Positions 41,939 through 51,653 of a stretch of 64,000 nt of DNA are shown one piece after another. How positions within the stretch are numbered: the stretch's first letter is position 1; each line of letters begins with the position of its first letter. A model generated the notes under the pieces. It searched no databases, was not told where the DNA came from, and saw only the letters and a list, made by a program, of their open reading frames with translations. Source of the stretch: Candidatus Poribacteria bacterium (GTDB lineage Bacteria; Poribacteria; WGA-4E; WGA-3G); the NCBI GenBank assembly GCA_965205025.1, contig CBDBFU010000032.1, forward strand, positions 128,001 through 192,000. Reading direction: 5' to 3'. A program made the position numbers and the translations under genes.

Positions 41939-42884
41939 ACATTTTCTAATGATAGGTTACAATTTATTTCGTAAGGTATCGTGCTACGATTTGTAGCCAC
42001 TATTATAGCATGATGTATGATGCCATTCAAGTAAGATCAAATTGAAGTGTGTGTAAAGTTTTTGGCATGAATATTACGGAATCATAGGGTTCTTTTTTTC
42101 ATGTATTATATTGAACCGAGGGTAATTTTACTGTAATTTTGCTGTTTTTTATGTTCACAATAGTAATATTTTAGTTATTTATATGTTGAATAAAGTTACA
42201 CTTTTTGTCACATGGTGTGACATTGATAAAACCCCTCTCCCGTCAGTACTACACTGGGTTTAGATCCATTTTTTTAAGGTCACAAGAATTTGTAAAAATT
42301 ATAAAGTGGTGATGAATTTTGTATCTTTTACTTTTCTCTTTGATCCATTGATTTAGGATTGTTTTAATGTGAAGTTTTTTATCCCTCCATTTTGACAAGA
42401 TATTGGAACATATCTCATAAATCATAGATTTGGAGGATTCTTTGTACGTACCATTTGCTATATTTTGAACCAACGTACAGGGAAACCCCAATTCTATGAA
42501 GAGAATTATATCTGTATGGACGATTCGTAGTAATGAGATACAGTGTAGTTTTCTGGTGTGCATGATAGTCTGTTTTGTTTGAAGTCGGTCTAATTTTTAG
42601 TTTTTCAAGTTTTTTTAGTTGCTTTTTAAGAAATGATTTTTTAATTGGCTGTAAACCCTGTTGGGGGTTGGGATAACAAAGGATTTGATTAATAGGTGTA
42701 AAATTTTTAAATTAGAAAAACTAAAAAAATATTCGGTTGAATTCGCATTGATTTTCCTCTGTATCTGCTTATGAGGTGATAATTCTGAATGTTTTAGTTG
42801 TAATTCTAACATGGATTTTCCTATTTCCCAGATAGTGGATTTGGTTGAATTTGGCATAAAGTTTAGAAGCCTAAATAATTAGAA

Positions 42885-43006
42885 CAGGACTTACGCAACT
42901 TAATCAGAATAAGGTAAAATTTGACTTAAAAAGCCGTCATTTCAGTGCTTTAACCCCCTAAATCCCCCTTATCAGGGGGACTTTAAGATGAAATGCGTAA
43001 GTCCTG
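42885..43006. mobile_element. 122-bp MITE with a 5-bp target duplication
   Basis: 13-bp TIRs caggacttacgca / tgcgtaagtcctg; tagaa at 42880-42884 and 43007-43011; internal tccccct-tatc-aggggga hairpin. Confidence 0.88.
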
Positions 43007-43330
43007 TAGAAAATAGTTACACTTTCACGGTATAAATAATATTTTGTATCGCCCAAGTAATGTGTTATCTTTAGTTTATAATTAGTGAACGATATAGTAT
43101 TGTATCATTTTGTTTGCATTTTGACAATTATATTTAATTTATTTTATGTTATTGTGATATATGTGTGTTAGTTGTTATATGTTTGTATTTTCTTCAAATT
43201 ATTTTAAGTCTTATGGAAAAAGTGTGAAATTAGAATTTGATACAGTTTATATTAAGAACATGTATTTGATCCGTTTCTATTACGTAAATTAATGCCATAA
43301 ACTTTACACACCCTAGTTGTACCTAAAATG

Positions 43331-43360
43331 TTGACAACCTAATACACATTAAGATACACT
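43331..43360 (+). promoter_or_regulatory. Putative sigma70 promoter of the FRG-TPR/MTase operon
   Basis: TTGACA, 18-nt spacer, TACACT. Confidence 0.55.
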
Positions 43361-43378
43361 ATTCTAAACTATTATCGG

Positions 43379-45238
43379 GTGTTTGAACAATTTTCTTTCC
43401 CGTTCTGCCACCCTCCCACTACATCAGAGATAATTCACTGGAATTGGAGAAATTTGCTTAATAAGATAATGAATATCAGTGAAAATAAAAAACTAATTCC
43501 GAGTATTGCTAAACAACTTATCATTGAACTATTCGCTGGACAAACAAAAGAATTAAATGAAATTAAAACTAAAGTTGAAGAAGTACATAAGCAACGAGGT
43601 GGGTTGCCGTTTACGTCTAAGTATCATCCTGTCCAAATAGCACTTACAAAATTGAAGAAAACTGAAGTGGTTGAAAACCCACAACTTGGGTATTGGTCAA
43701 TACCTATTAGGAAACTTGAAGATTTCATAAATTGGGCAAAACAATTTCAGGAAGGTGATTTTGTTTTTAGAGGTGTTCCAAATGAAGCATTCGAAATTCA
43801 AGCATCAGCATCCCTCCGACCACACGTAATTGAACAAATGTACATTGAAAAACAACAAGATGAAGAGAAAAGAAATTATAATAAATACCTTTACATCAAT
43901 AAGGAATTGATTACAAAATCAAAACAGCGAGGTTACGATAAGAAGGACGGCAAGGAATTTAACATATTAGATATACTTGCTGAACTTCAACATTATGGAG
44001 CAGCAACGTGTCTAATAGATTTTACATGTAGTGCACAAATCGCACTCTGGTTTGCTTGTCAACCTTATCAAAAGATTAAGAATGAACATCAAGACAAGAA
44101 AGACAAGAAGAAGGAGACTGAAGACAGCATAAAACATATCAATGGTAAGGTTTATGCGGTGAAGCATGTACCTCCAAGGTCGTCTGGGTTGCCAAAATGT
44201 ATAGAGATTACACCAGAGTTCTTGGAGAAAGATGCTGAAAAAAAGAAAGATATCAGTTATTTTCTTAAAGAAGAGAAGGATGCACCGCTTTATTACTATC
44301 AGCCGAAATATCAGAACCACCGAATTATTGCTCAGCAATCTGTTTTCTTATTTGGACAATACAAGTTCAAAGCAGATAATGAATGTGTCATTGCAGCAGA
44401 TTGCAAAGAAAAAATACTAAATGAACTTCATAAATCATCAGGTCTAACAGAAGACAAGTTGTTTCCTGACTTTGAAGGTTTCGCCACATGGGTGCATAGT
44501 AAGGATTCACCATACACAGAACCTATCCCGTCTGCACTTAAAGCACGAAGTCGTACTGTTTTTGATAAGAGTCATGCAACTGAAATAGAACTCGAAGAGG
44601 TAATTGGGGATTTATCAAGAGCAATTAACAAAGACGATAATGATGTTGAATCATATAACTTACGAGGTAAGGCATATACTCAATTGGAGGATTTTGGCAA
44701 TGCATTAGCGGATTTTGCAGAGGCAGAAAATATAGATCCAGAAGATGCTGAAACTTATTTCAATAGAGCATGTTTATACCAAGAGCAAGGTCAATATCAG
44801 GAAGCCATAAATGATTATGACACAGCAATTAGTAAAAAAGAAGTTTATGGAGAGGCATTTTTTAGGCTTGGGCAGATTAAGTATGAACTTGGTCAGGTGG
44901 AAGAAGCTTTGACAGATTTTACTGAAGCGATTCGGTTAAAACCTAACTTTTTTAATGCATATTATGAACGTGCATTGACATTGAAGGAATTACAGGAATA
45001 TCCTTCTGCACTTGATGACTTTACTATGGCAATTAACCTAAACCCTAATGATATATTTGCTCACTATTATAGATCACAAACTTTGTATTATCTAAAGCAA
45101 GTTAATGATGCAAAACAAGAACTTTTAGTTGCATTAGATCTTGCCAAACAACAAGAAAATGAAGAAATGGTTGCTAAAATTAACGTCGAATTTCAGGACG
45201 TTTTCGGTTATAACCCAAGTGAGGAAGATGATGAATAA
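43379..45238 (+). CDS. FRG-domain protein with an N-terminal Mrr_N-like wHTH and C-terminal TPRs
   Basis: FVFRG, QHYGAAT.LIDFT, N.RIIAQQSVF and LFPD FRG motifs; about 5 TPRs; true start probably 43453 or 43469. Confidence 0.85.
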   Translation: MFEQFSFPFCHPPTTSEIIHWNWRNLLNKIMNISENKKLIPSIAKQLIIELFAGQTKELNEIKTKVEEVHKQRGGLPFTSKYHPVQIALTKLKKTEVVENPQLGYWSIPIRKLEDFINWAKQFQEGDFVFRGVPNEAFEIQASASLRPHVIEQMYIEKQQDEEKRNYNKYLYINKELITKSKQRGYDKKDGKEFNILDILAELQHYGAATCLIDFTCSAQIALWFACQPYQKIKNEHQDKKDKKKETEDSIKHINGKVYAVKHVPPRSSGLPKCIEITPEFLEKDAEKKKDISYFLKEEKDAPLYYYQPKYQNHRIIAQQSVFLFGQYKFKADNECVIAADCKEKILNELHKSSGLTEDKLFPDFEGFATWVHSKDSPYTEPIPSALKARSRTVFDKSHATEIELEEVIGDLSRAINKDDNDVESYNLRGKAYTQLEDFGNALADFAEAENIDPEDAETYFNRACLYQEQGQYQEAINDYDTAISKKEVYGEAFFRLGQIKYELGQVEEALTDFTEAIRLKPNFFNAYYERALTLKELQEYPSALDDFTMAINLNPNDIFAHYYRSQTLYYLKQVNDAKQELLVALDLAKQQENEEMVAKINVEFQDVFGYNPSEEDDE

Positions 45239-46760
45239 ACTGTATTTGGGAGACAACCTTGACATCTTACAGAAAATCGAAGATGAATCTGTGGATTTAA
45301 TCTGTACAGACCCGCCATTCTACAGTGGATCCTACAATAAAGACTATTTCAGTGTTTCCTCTACTAAGAAAGAAACCATGAAGAAAGTGGAGTTCACGGA
45401 CATCTGGACTTGGGATAAAACAGCAGAAGACACACGAGTTGACATTAAAGAACGAGCTGCAAGTTGTAAAATCTATAATGCCCTCAATGAATGTCTAAGT
45501 GCATACGATATGTTGCTAAGCAATAGTGTGACTGGATCCAAAGGCGTATTGCGGGCATATCTTACTTTTATGGGACCGACACTTGTCGAAATGCACCGAA
45601 TACTCGCTGAAACCGGAAGTATGTATATGCACTGTGATCCTGATATAAGTCACTATCTTAAAGTGTTAATGGATGCTATCTGGAACCATAACAATAAAAA
45701 GGAAAGTAACTCTTTTAAGAATGAAATAGTGTGGTATTATCGTGGTCCTTCACGCGCTTCAAAAAAATACCTAAAAATGCACGATATTATTCTGTTCTAT
45801 ACAAAAACTGAAAATTATGTTTTCACTACACCTAAACCTGTGTATGAAAACGAGCTTTTTCGTCAAGATATAGTAAAAGATAAAATAGACAGAAAAACGG
45901 ATCCTATAAAAGATGATAATGAGAAATTTAAAAGAATTCGTACAAGAACAGACGATGCATTCTTGCGTGATGTTTGGGATGATATTGGCACTCTTTCCTT
46001 AGCGTTTGCCGAACATCGGGGTTATCCCACACAAAAGCCAAGTCTACTTTATAAACGTATGATAGAAACGTCCTCAGAAGATGGATCCGTGGTATTAGAC
46101 CCGTTCTGCGGCTGTGGTACTACGCTTGATGCTGCGCAAGCACTCAAACGGAAATGGATAGGTATTGATAGCTCAATTATTGCATTGGATGTGACAGAGC
46201 ATCGTCTCAAAGATAAGTACAGTTTAAAACCATCAGAAGATTACGAGATAGTGGGATTTCCAACAAACTTCAAGAATGTGAAAGATCTCGCCAGTAAAGA
46301 AACCAAGCATAAAATATTATCATATTGGGCAGCAACACGGCTTAATCTTACGCCAACTAAAAATGCCGACAATGAAGTGGACATTACATTATGGTCATTG
46401 AGAGATGAGAAAAGAAAAGATGTGCGGATAGCTGCTGAAGTTAAAGTTGGGAAACCAAGTCCAGATCAGGTTCGTCAACTTCAGAAATTTATTGAGAATG
46501 ATACTGCAGATATAGTTATATTGATTACGCTTGAACCTGTCACCACCGAAATGCGCGAAATAGCTGACAAAATTGAAAAGTTCAAGTATAAAGGACTCTC
46601 ATTTCCACGACTTCAGTTTTGGCAAATCACAGAAAAGTTTTTTGATGATCCTGACTCAATCTATGACGAACTAAAAATACCTGGGAAGTTACGCTTTAAA
46701 CCGAGAAAGAAAGGCGATCGACGTTTTCCCGATATTCAATTTGATACAGATATGAAGTGA
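45231..46760 (+). CDS. Beta-class N6/N4 DNA methyltransferase with a C-terminal Mrr-like nuclease domain
   Basis: DPPF, YPTQKP and DPFCGCGTT; C-terminal AEVKVG...ILITL; start overlaps the upstream stop (RBS gagga). Confidence 0.88.
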   Translation: MNKLYLGDNLDILQKIEDESVDLICTDPPFYSGSYNKDYFSVSSTKKETMKKVEFTDIWTWDKTAEDTRVDIKERAASCKIYNALNECLSAYDMLLSNSVTGSKGVLRAYLTFMGPTLVEMHRILAETGSMYMHCDPDISHYLKVLMDAIWNHNNKKESNSFKNEIVWYYRGPSRASKKYLKMHDIILFYTKTENYVFTTPKPVYENELFRQDIVKDKIDRKTDPIKDDNEKFKRIRTRTDDAFLRDVWDDIGTLSLAFAEHRGYPTQKPSLLYKRMIETSSEDGSVVLDPFCGCGTTLDAAQALKRKWIGIDSSIIALDVTEHRLKDKYSLKPSEDYEIVGFPTNFKNVKDLASKETKHKILSYWAATRLNLTPTKNADNEVDITLWSLRDEKRKDVRIAAEVKVGKPSPDQVRQLQKFIENDTADIVILITLEPVTTEMREIADKIEKFKYKGLSFPRLQFWQITEKFFDDPDSIYDELKIPGKLRFKPRKKGDRRFPDIQFDTDMK

Positions 46761-47064
46761 TTCTGACAACAATCTTGCTCGTATTAAGTGTCAATCCGCT
46801 ATTTTGTTAGACAGAATACTCATATTTACAATATATAGTTATTGTTCCCAACACCAAAGCCACCCTACTCATCGGGAACAATCGGTTATAGTAACACCAT
46901 CATATCCACACCAACCAGATCCACAAACATAAAGTAAATAGTCAAAATAAAAGACTGAAATCATATCAATGTGAGTTGCTGACATTACGTGTGGTTTATT
47001 ACCAAATAGTATTGTTATCATCAATTTTAGAGTATACCCATTCATCCTATCCTGTTTCTCAAAA

Positions 47065-47093
47065 TTGACATAGTGAATAACACATGATAAACT
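47065..47093 (+). promoter_or_regulatory. Putative sigma70 promoter of mod
   Basis: TTGACA, 17-nt spacer, TG-n-TAAACT. Confidence 0.55.
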
Positions 47094-47157
47094 AACACAG
47101 ACAATCAGAACAGCATACTTTCAGCAGTTGAATTTGCTCAGAAGGGACACCACCAAA

Positions 47158-49074
47158 ATGTCAACACAGGACTTTAACGAAAAACTGACCGCACTCCTCA
47201 AAACCAACCCCGACTTTACTGACGAATCAGGTGAACTACTCCCCGCTACAGTCAAAGACCATGCATGGAAACTCAACCATAACCTTATCAGGCTGTTGCT
47301 TACCGACTCAGAAATAAAAACAACCTTTTTTGACGAAATTGATGAACATTGGGTTTTCAACCACAACAAATTTATTGACTACATTTCTGCTAAGAACTTC
47401 CTTGCCAACTCCTACACCCAATTCCGCAACAAAATCGGCTTAAATATAGACGGCAAATTCCTCCGTGAACGCGGTGAAGTTTCACTCGTATGGCCCTATA
47501 AAGATTGTATACTTGAAGGTGGCCAAACAAAAGAAGAGGAAAAACGCAAAGAGATATTCTTCAACGAAATCCTTGCACAAGACGAAATCAACCGGATGTT
47601 TGACCCGAAGGTGCTTACTAACTGGAAACGACACACCACTACGGGTGAACAAGACGTAACAGACATCCAACGTGATGACCACGGTACAATTCGCGAAAAC
47701 CTCATCATCAAAGGCAATAATCTAATTGCACTCCACACCCTCAAACAGCAATTCCGCAGACAAGTCAAACTGATTTACATTGACCCACCATATAATCCAA
47801 ACAGTCCGTCAAATACTTTTATGTATAACAATAGTTTCAAGCGTTCGTCGTGGTTAACCTTTATGAGAAACAGATTAGAAGTGGCTAAAGAGTTGTTAAG
47901 AAAAGATGGAAGTATGATTGTTGCAATTGATGAAAACGAACAGAATTATCTTGGGGTTTTGTTAGATGAAGTATTTCCAAAACGCGAAAAACACTGTATC
48001 ACTATAGTTCATAACCCACGTGGTGTACAAGGTACAAATTTCTCATATATTCACGAGTATGCATTTTTTGTTATTCCTAAAGGTGAAAAAGTAATTGGTG
48101 ATAGAGAGATTCCCATTGAAGAAATTACTTGGAATAACTTTAGAAATTGGGGTGGTGAATCAAGACGTGAAGATGCCGAAAATTGTTTCTATCCAGTGAT
48201 AGTAGAAAATGACAATGTTGTCGGATTTGGGGACGTACTTGAAGATGATGAACATCCATCCGCTCAAACAGTGCAACATGATGACAAGTTTTTTATATAT
48301 CCAATAGATAAAAACGATATTGAAAGAAAATGGAGATATGCTAGACAAAGTGTAGATGAAATCAAACATTTGTTACGACCAAAAAAGGTAGATAGAGGTT
48401 ATGAAATTCACCTTGGTAAAGATTTTGGCATGTATAAAACCGTTTGGATAGATAAGAAATACGATGCTAATAAATATGGAACCCAACTTGTTAAAGAACT
48501 CGTGCCAGGATGTAATTTTGATTTCCCAAAATCGCTTTGGAATGTTTATGACTGTTTGCTCGCAGCAGTGGAAAATGACAAAGATGCTATTATACTCGAC
48601 TTCTTTGGTGGAAGCGGCACTACTGCCCATGCTGTGTTGGAACTAAATAAAGATGGTGGCAACCGCAAATTCATTATTTGCGAACAAATGCATTATGTTG
48701 AAACTGTAACAAGAAAACGCGTCAATAAAGTCATAGAACAAAATAATTGCGATGACTTTATCTATTGCGAACTGATGCTATACAACCAAGCCTATATGGA
48801 CAAAATTCAAAACGTACAATCCTCCGAAGAACTTGTAGCACTCTGGAAAGAAATCGCTGAAAACTCCTTCCTCAACTGGTATGTCAACGAAGCAACACCC
48901 CAAGATGCAATAGGCGATTTCATCGCTATCGACAACCTTGATGCACAGAAACACTGCTTAGTAGAACTATTGGATAAAAACCAACTCTATGTTAACCTCT
49001 CAGAAATAGAGGACGCGGATTTTGAGGTAAGTGGGGATGATAAGGATTTAAATAAGAAGTTTTATGGAGAATAA
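47158..49074 (+). CDS. mod: Type III restriction-modification methyltransferase (Mod)
   Basis: NLIIKGNNLIAL, IYIDPPYN, FPK, ILDFFGGSGTT and LLDKNQLYVNLSEI.D; ATG 47158 after aaggga. Confidence 0.92.
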   Translation: MSTQDFNEKLTALLKTNPDFTDESGELLPATVKDHAWKLNHNLIRLLLTDSEIKTTFFDEIDEHWVFNHNKFIDYISAKNFLANSYTQFRNKIGLNIDGKFLRERGEVSLVWPYKDCILEGGQTKEEEKRKEIFFNEILAQDEINRMFDPKVLTNWKRHTTTGEQDVTDIQRDDHGTIRENLIIKGNNLIALHTLKQQFRRQVKLIYIDPPYNPNSPSNTFMYNNSFKRSSWLTFMRNRLEVAKELLRKDGSMIVAIDENEQNYLGVLLDEVFPKREKHCITIVHNPRGVQGTNFSYIHEYAFFVIPKGEKVIGDREIPIEEITWNNFRNWGGESRREDAENCFYPVIVENDNVVGFGDVLEDDEHPSAQTVQHDDKFFIYPIDKNDIERKWRYARQSVDEIKHLLRPKKVDRGYEIHLGKDFGMYKTVWIDKKYDANKYGTQLVKELVPGCNFDFPKSLWNVYDCLLAAVENDKDAIILDFFGGSGTTAHAVLELNKDGGNRKFIICEQMHYVETVTRKRVNKVIEQNNCDDFIYCELMLYNQAYMDKIQNVQSSEELVALWKEIAENSFLNWYVNEATPQDAIGDFIAIDNLDAQKHCLVELLDKNQLYVNLSEIEDADFEVSGDDKDLNKKFYGE

Positions 49075-49891
49075 ACAAACCACAATACGACACTATTTTG
49101 TAGACGAGGGAGGCGATGGTGTCCTCTTTTCACGGAAGGGAAAGGCACTTGTAGGTACGGAGGGATGTTCCCGATTTTTCATACTTGGATTACTGAATGT
49201 ATTAGATCCAAAAACGTTGAAGGATAATTTTGACGAATTGCGATCAAGACTAATGGGTGATACCTATTTCAAGAATGTTCCATCCATGCAACTATCCGAG
49301 CGAAAAACGGCACTTGCCTTTCACGCTAAAGATGATTTACCTGAGGTTCGAAGAGATGTTTTCAGACTCTTGCGCGACACGGAGGGATTGCGCTTTTTCG
49401 CTGTCGTTGCTGATAAACTAAACGTACTTGAATACGTGCGTCAACGCAACAAACGAGAACCCGATTACCGTTATCACCCTAACGAACTTTACGACTATTT
49501 GACAGGACGACTGTTGAAAGAAAGACTGAGTCAACATGATAGGTATGATATTATTTTTTCAAAACGAGGAAAATCTGATAGACTCACCGCTTTGCGCCAG
49601 TTGGTTGAGACTGCACACACCGATCTTGATACACAGCAGAACATGCGTGAAGATGTTACCATCAACGTATCTGCCGCAACGCCAAAGGAGCATGCAGGTT
49701 TGCAAGCCGTTGACTATTTTGTTTGGGCATTACAGAGACTCTATGAGCGAGGTGAAGATCGATATTTGGCATATCTATGGGAGGCATTTCGGCTTGTGCA
49801 TGATATTGACGACGCGCGGGAATCAAATCAGGGTGTCTATTACACACAAAAGACACCTCTGACTGCGCCAGCCTTGAAGTGGAGAGGATAA
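49064..49891 (+). CDS. DUF3800 family protein
   Basis: N-terminal YFVDEGG, FHAKDD and C-terminal GLQAVDYFVWALQR (DE...QxxD pattern); start overlaps the mod stop. Confidence 0.85.
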   Translation: MENKQTTIRHYFVDEGGDGVLFSRKGKALVGTEGCSRFFILGLLNVLDPKTLKDNFDELRSRLMGDTYFKNVPSMQLSERKTALAFHAKDDLPEVRRDVFRLLRDTEGLRFFAVVADKLNVLEYVRQRNKREPDYRYHPNELYDYLTGRLLKERLSQHDRYDIIFSKRGKSDRLTALRQLVETAHTDLDTQQNMREDVTINVSAATPKEHAGLQAVDYFVWALQRLYERGEDRYLAYLWEAFRLVHDIDDARESNQGVYYTQKTPLTAPALKWRG

Positions 49892-49966
49892 AAACACCAG
49901 GGATATAGGATTGCACGAACCGCAGCCCGGCAATCACGCGGCATGGAGCCGCATTTCATCCCTGGC
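49890..49966 (-). ncRNA. DUF3800-associated structured ncRNA, transcribed convergently to the gene
   Basis: Three-way junction with G-U pairs and a cUGCGg tetraloop only on the minus strand; own promoter and trailing U-tract. Confidence 0.75.
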
Positions 49967-49972
49967 AATTAC

Positions 49973-50002
49973 ATTATAGTATAAAAGTTAAGTAAGAGTC
50001 AA
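49973..50002 (-). promoter_or_regulatory. Sigma70 promoter of the DUF3800-associated RNA
   Basis: TTGACT (50002-49997), 18-nt spacer, TATAAT (49978-49973); predicted +1 near 49966. Confidence 0.75.
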
Positions 50003-50115
50003 GTAATTTTTCGGAGGGGTGTGTAAAGTAATTGTCACCGTTTTTGTCTGAATCGCTGATTACGCTGAGAACGCGGAAGACGCGGAAGTGTATTTTGGGA
50101 ATTTCAAGGTATTTT

Positions 50116-50186
50116 TCTGAAATAGAGGATTCGGATTTTGGGGTGAGTGATGATGATAAGAGGTTGAATTAGGCGTTTTATGGAGA
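50116..50186 (+). pseudogene. Relic second copy of the mod 3' tail
   Basis: 57/71 ungapped identity to 49000-49070; SEIEDSDFGVSDDDKRLN*AFYGD versus SEIEDADFEVSGDDKDLNKKFYGE. Confidence 0.85.
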
Positions 50187-50195
50187 TTATAGAAG

Positions 50196-51650
50196 GTGAC
50201 AGAAATGACTGAAGAGAGAAAAGAAGAACTAAAGCAGTTGCTTGAAGAAGCATTGGAGAATTTGGAAATACGACCCTATAGTGGATTTGAAGGGATATCT
50301 ATATTTCTCAATGCATATAAAAGGCACCTGCAACAAGTCTGGACATCTTATTCACAGAATTCTTTATGGATTGTGACGCATTTTTCACTTGACATTCGTG
50401 GAAATATAAAATCAAAATTACTTGACTTCATGAGAATGGAGTTAGATTCATTTATCCATGAAGACAAAATTCTATCCGCTACATTTTATGTATGTGATGG
50501 TGGTGATTGGAAAGGAACACCATTGGAAACTTTTTTAGATCATCTTTTGAAAATTACTATTTTTCAAGGAACTGACGGGGCAGTATCCAATCTTGAAAAG
50601 CATACTAAAGAAATACAAGGTTCTTTTCAAATCATAACCTTACTTGAAGGAATAAAAATAGATGAAAAAATTCAAGTCTTTGAGGGAATACACCTTACTC
50701 CTCTTCCGAGTTCAGTAGAGGAGTTTCCAACCTATTTTGGAAATAATATTACTGCTAAAATACCACATAATGTGATCGGAAAAACACTACTCGTTATTGA
50801 TTTTACTATATTTCCAATATTTCACAAACCCTCTTCTCTCGTTAAAGGACCAGATGAATCTGTCTCGTACGTATTGCACCTTCCCGGATTCGGATCACCC
50901 GTTCCAAATTACGTTCCGGTGGAATGGGCTAAGCAAAGAGAACGGTTCAAGGTTGAGGTAGATGGAGGTAAATTTCCTGACTTTAAAGAGGCAGACTTCA
51001 ATGACAAATTCTGTGAAGCCTTGTCTTTAGCCTGTAACTCGGCTGTTGAATTTTCGATGAGATGGAAATTTATAGTGCCACATGAGTTATTTCACGCGGG
51101 CTTTTCTCCTAGCACATCTTATGTACAAAGAGCATTTGGAGATTCTATTCAGGTCGGTGAGGTGCATATAGATAAAGCTAAAGATCTGTATAAAGCCTTA
51201 GTTAATCCTGCTTCAAACGTTGGAACCAAATTGCAGATACCGATTGATAGATGGATAAAATCCAAAACATCAAAAACTCCAGTTGATAAAATCATTGACT
51301 TAGGCATAGCCCTTGAAGCACTCTATTTATCAGAAGGCACCAAAGAACAATTGACGCTTCAATTCCGTCTACGTGCTTCGTGGTACTTGGGAAAAGATAA
51401 AGAACATAGAAAAAGGTTAATAGATGAGTTTAAGTCAATATATAACTTGCGTTCCCAAGCTGTTCACAGTGGAAAGATTCCCGATGAGATTAAGATTAAA
51501 AAAGGTGAGAACCCCACTACTACATCAGAATTCATTACAAGAGCACAAGACCTATGTCGGGACTCAATACTAAAGATTCTGGAAGATGGAGAATTCCCCG
51601 ATTGGAACAACTTGATACTTGGTGAAGAGTCTTGTACCACAAACTGTTAG
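50196..51650 (+). CDS. HEPN-domain protein (ApeA-like C-terminal HEPN)
   Basis: IDLGIALEALY...FRLRASWYL...IYNLRSQAVHSG with an intact Rx4H motif. Confidence 0.82.
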   Translation: MTEMTEERKEELKQLLEEALENLEIRPYSGFEGISIFLNAYKRHLQQVWTSYSQNSLWIVTHFSLDIRGNIKSKLLDFMRMELDSFIHEDKILSATFYVCDGGDWKGTPLETFLDHLLKITIFQGTDGAVSNLEKHTKEIQGSFQIITLLEGIKIDEKIQVFEGIHLTPLPSSVEEFPTYFGNNITAKIPHNVIGKTLLVIDFTIFPIFHKPSSLVKGPDESVSYVLHLPGFGSPVPNYVPVEWAKQRERFKVEVDGGKFPDFKEADFNDKFCEALSLACNSAVEFSMRWKFIVPHELFHAGFSPSTSYVQRAFGDSIQVGEVHIDKAKDLYKALVNPASNVGTKLQIPIDRWIKSKTSKTPVDKIIDLGIALEALYLSEGTKEQLTLQFRLRASWYLGKDKEHRKRLIDEFKSIYNLRSQAVHSGKIPDEIKIKKGENPTTTSEFITRAQDLCRDSILKILEDGEFPDWNNLILGEESCTTNC

Positions 51651-51653
51651 TGT

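Noticed and set aside
42249-42857. Short ORFs in the AT-rich spacer (also 9902-10120, 16952-17294, 19403-19612)
   Set aside because: No RBS or motif, low-complexity composition, and some overlap repeats; probably non-coding.
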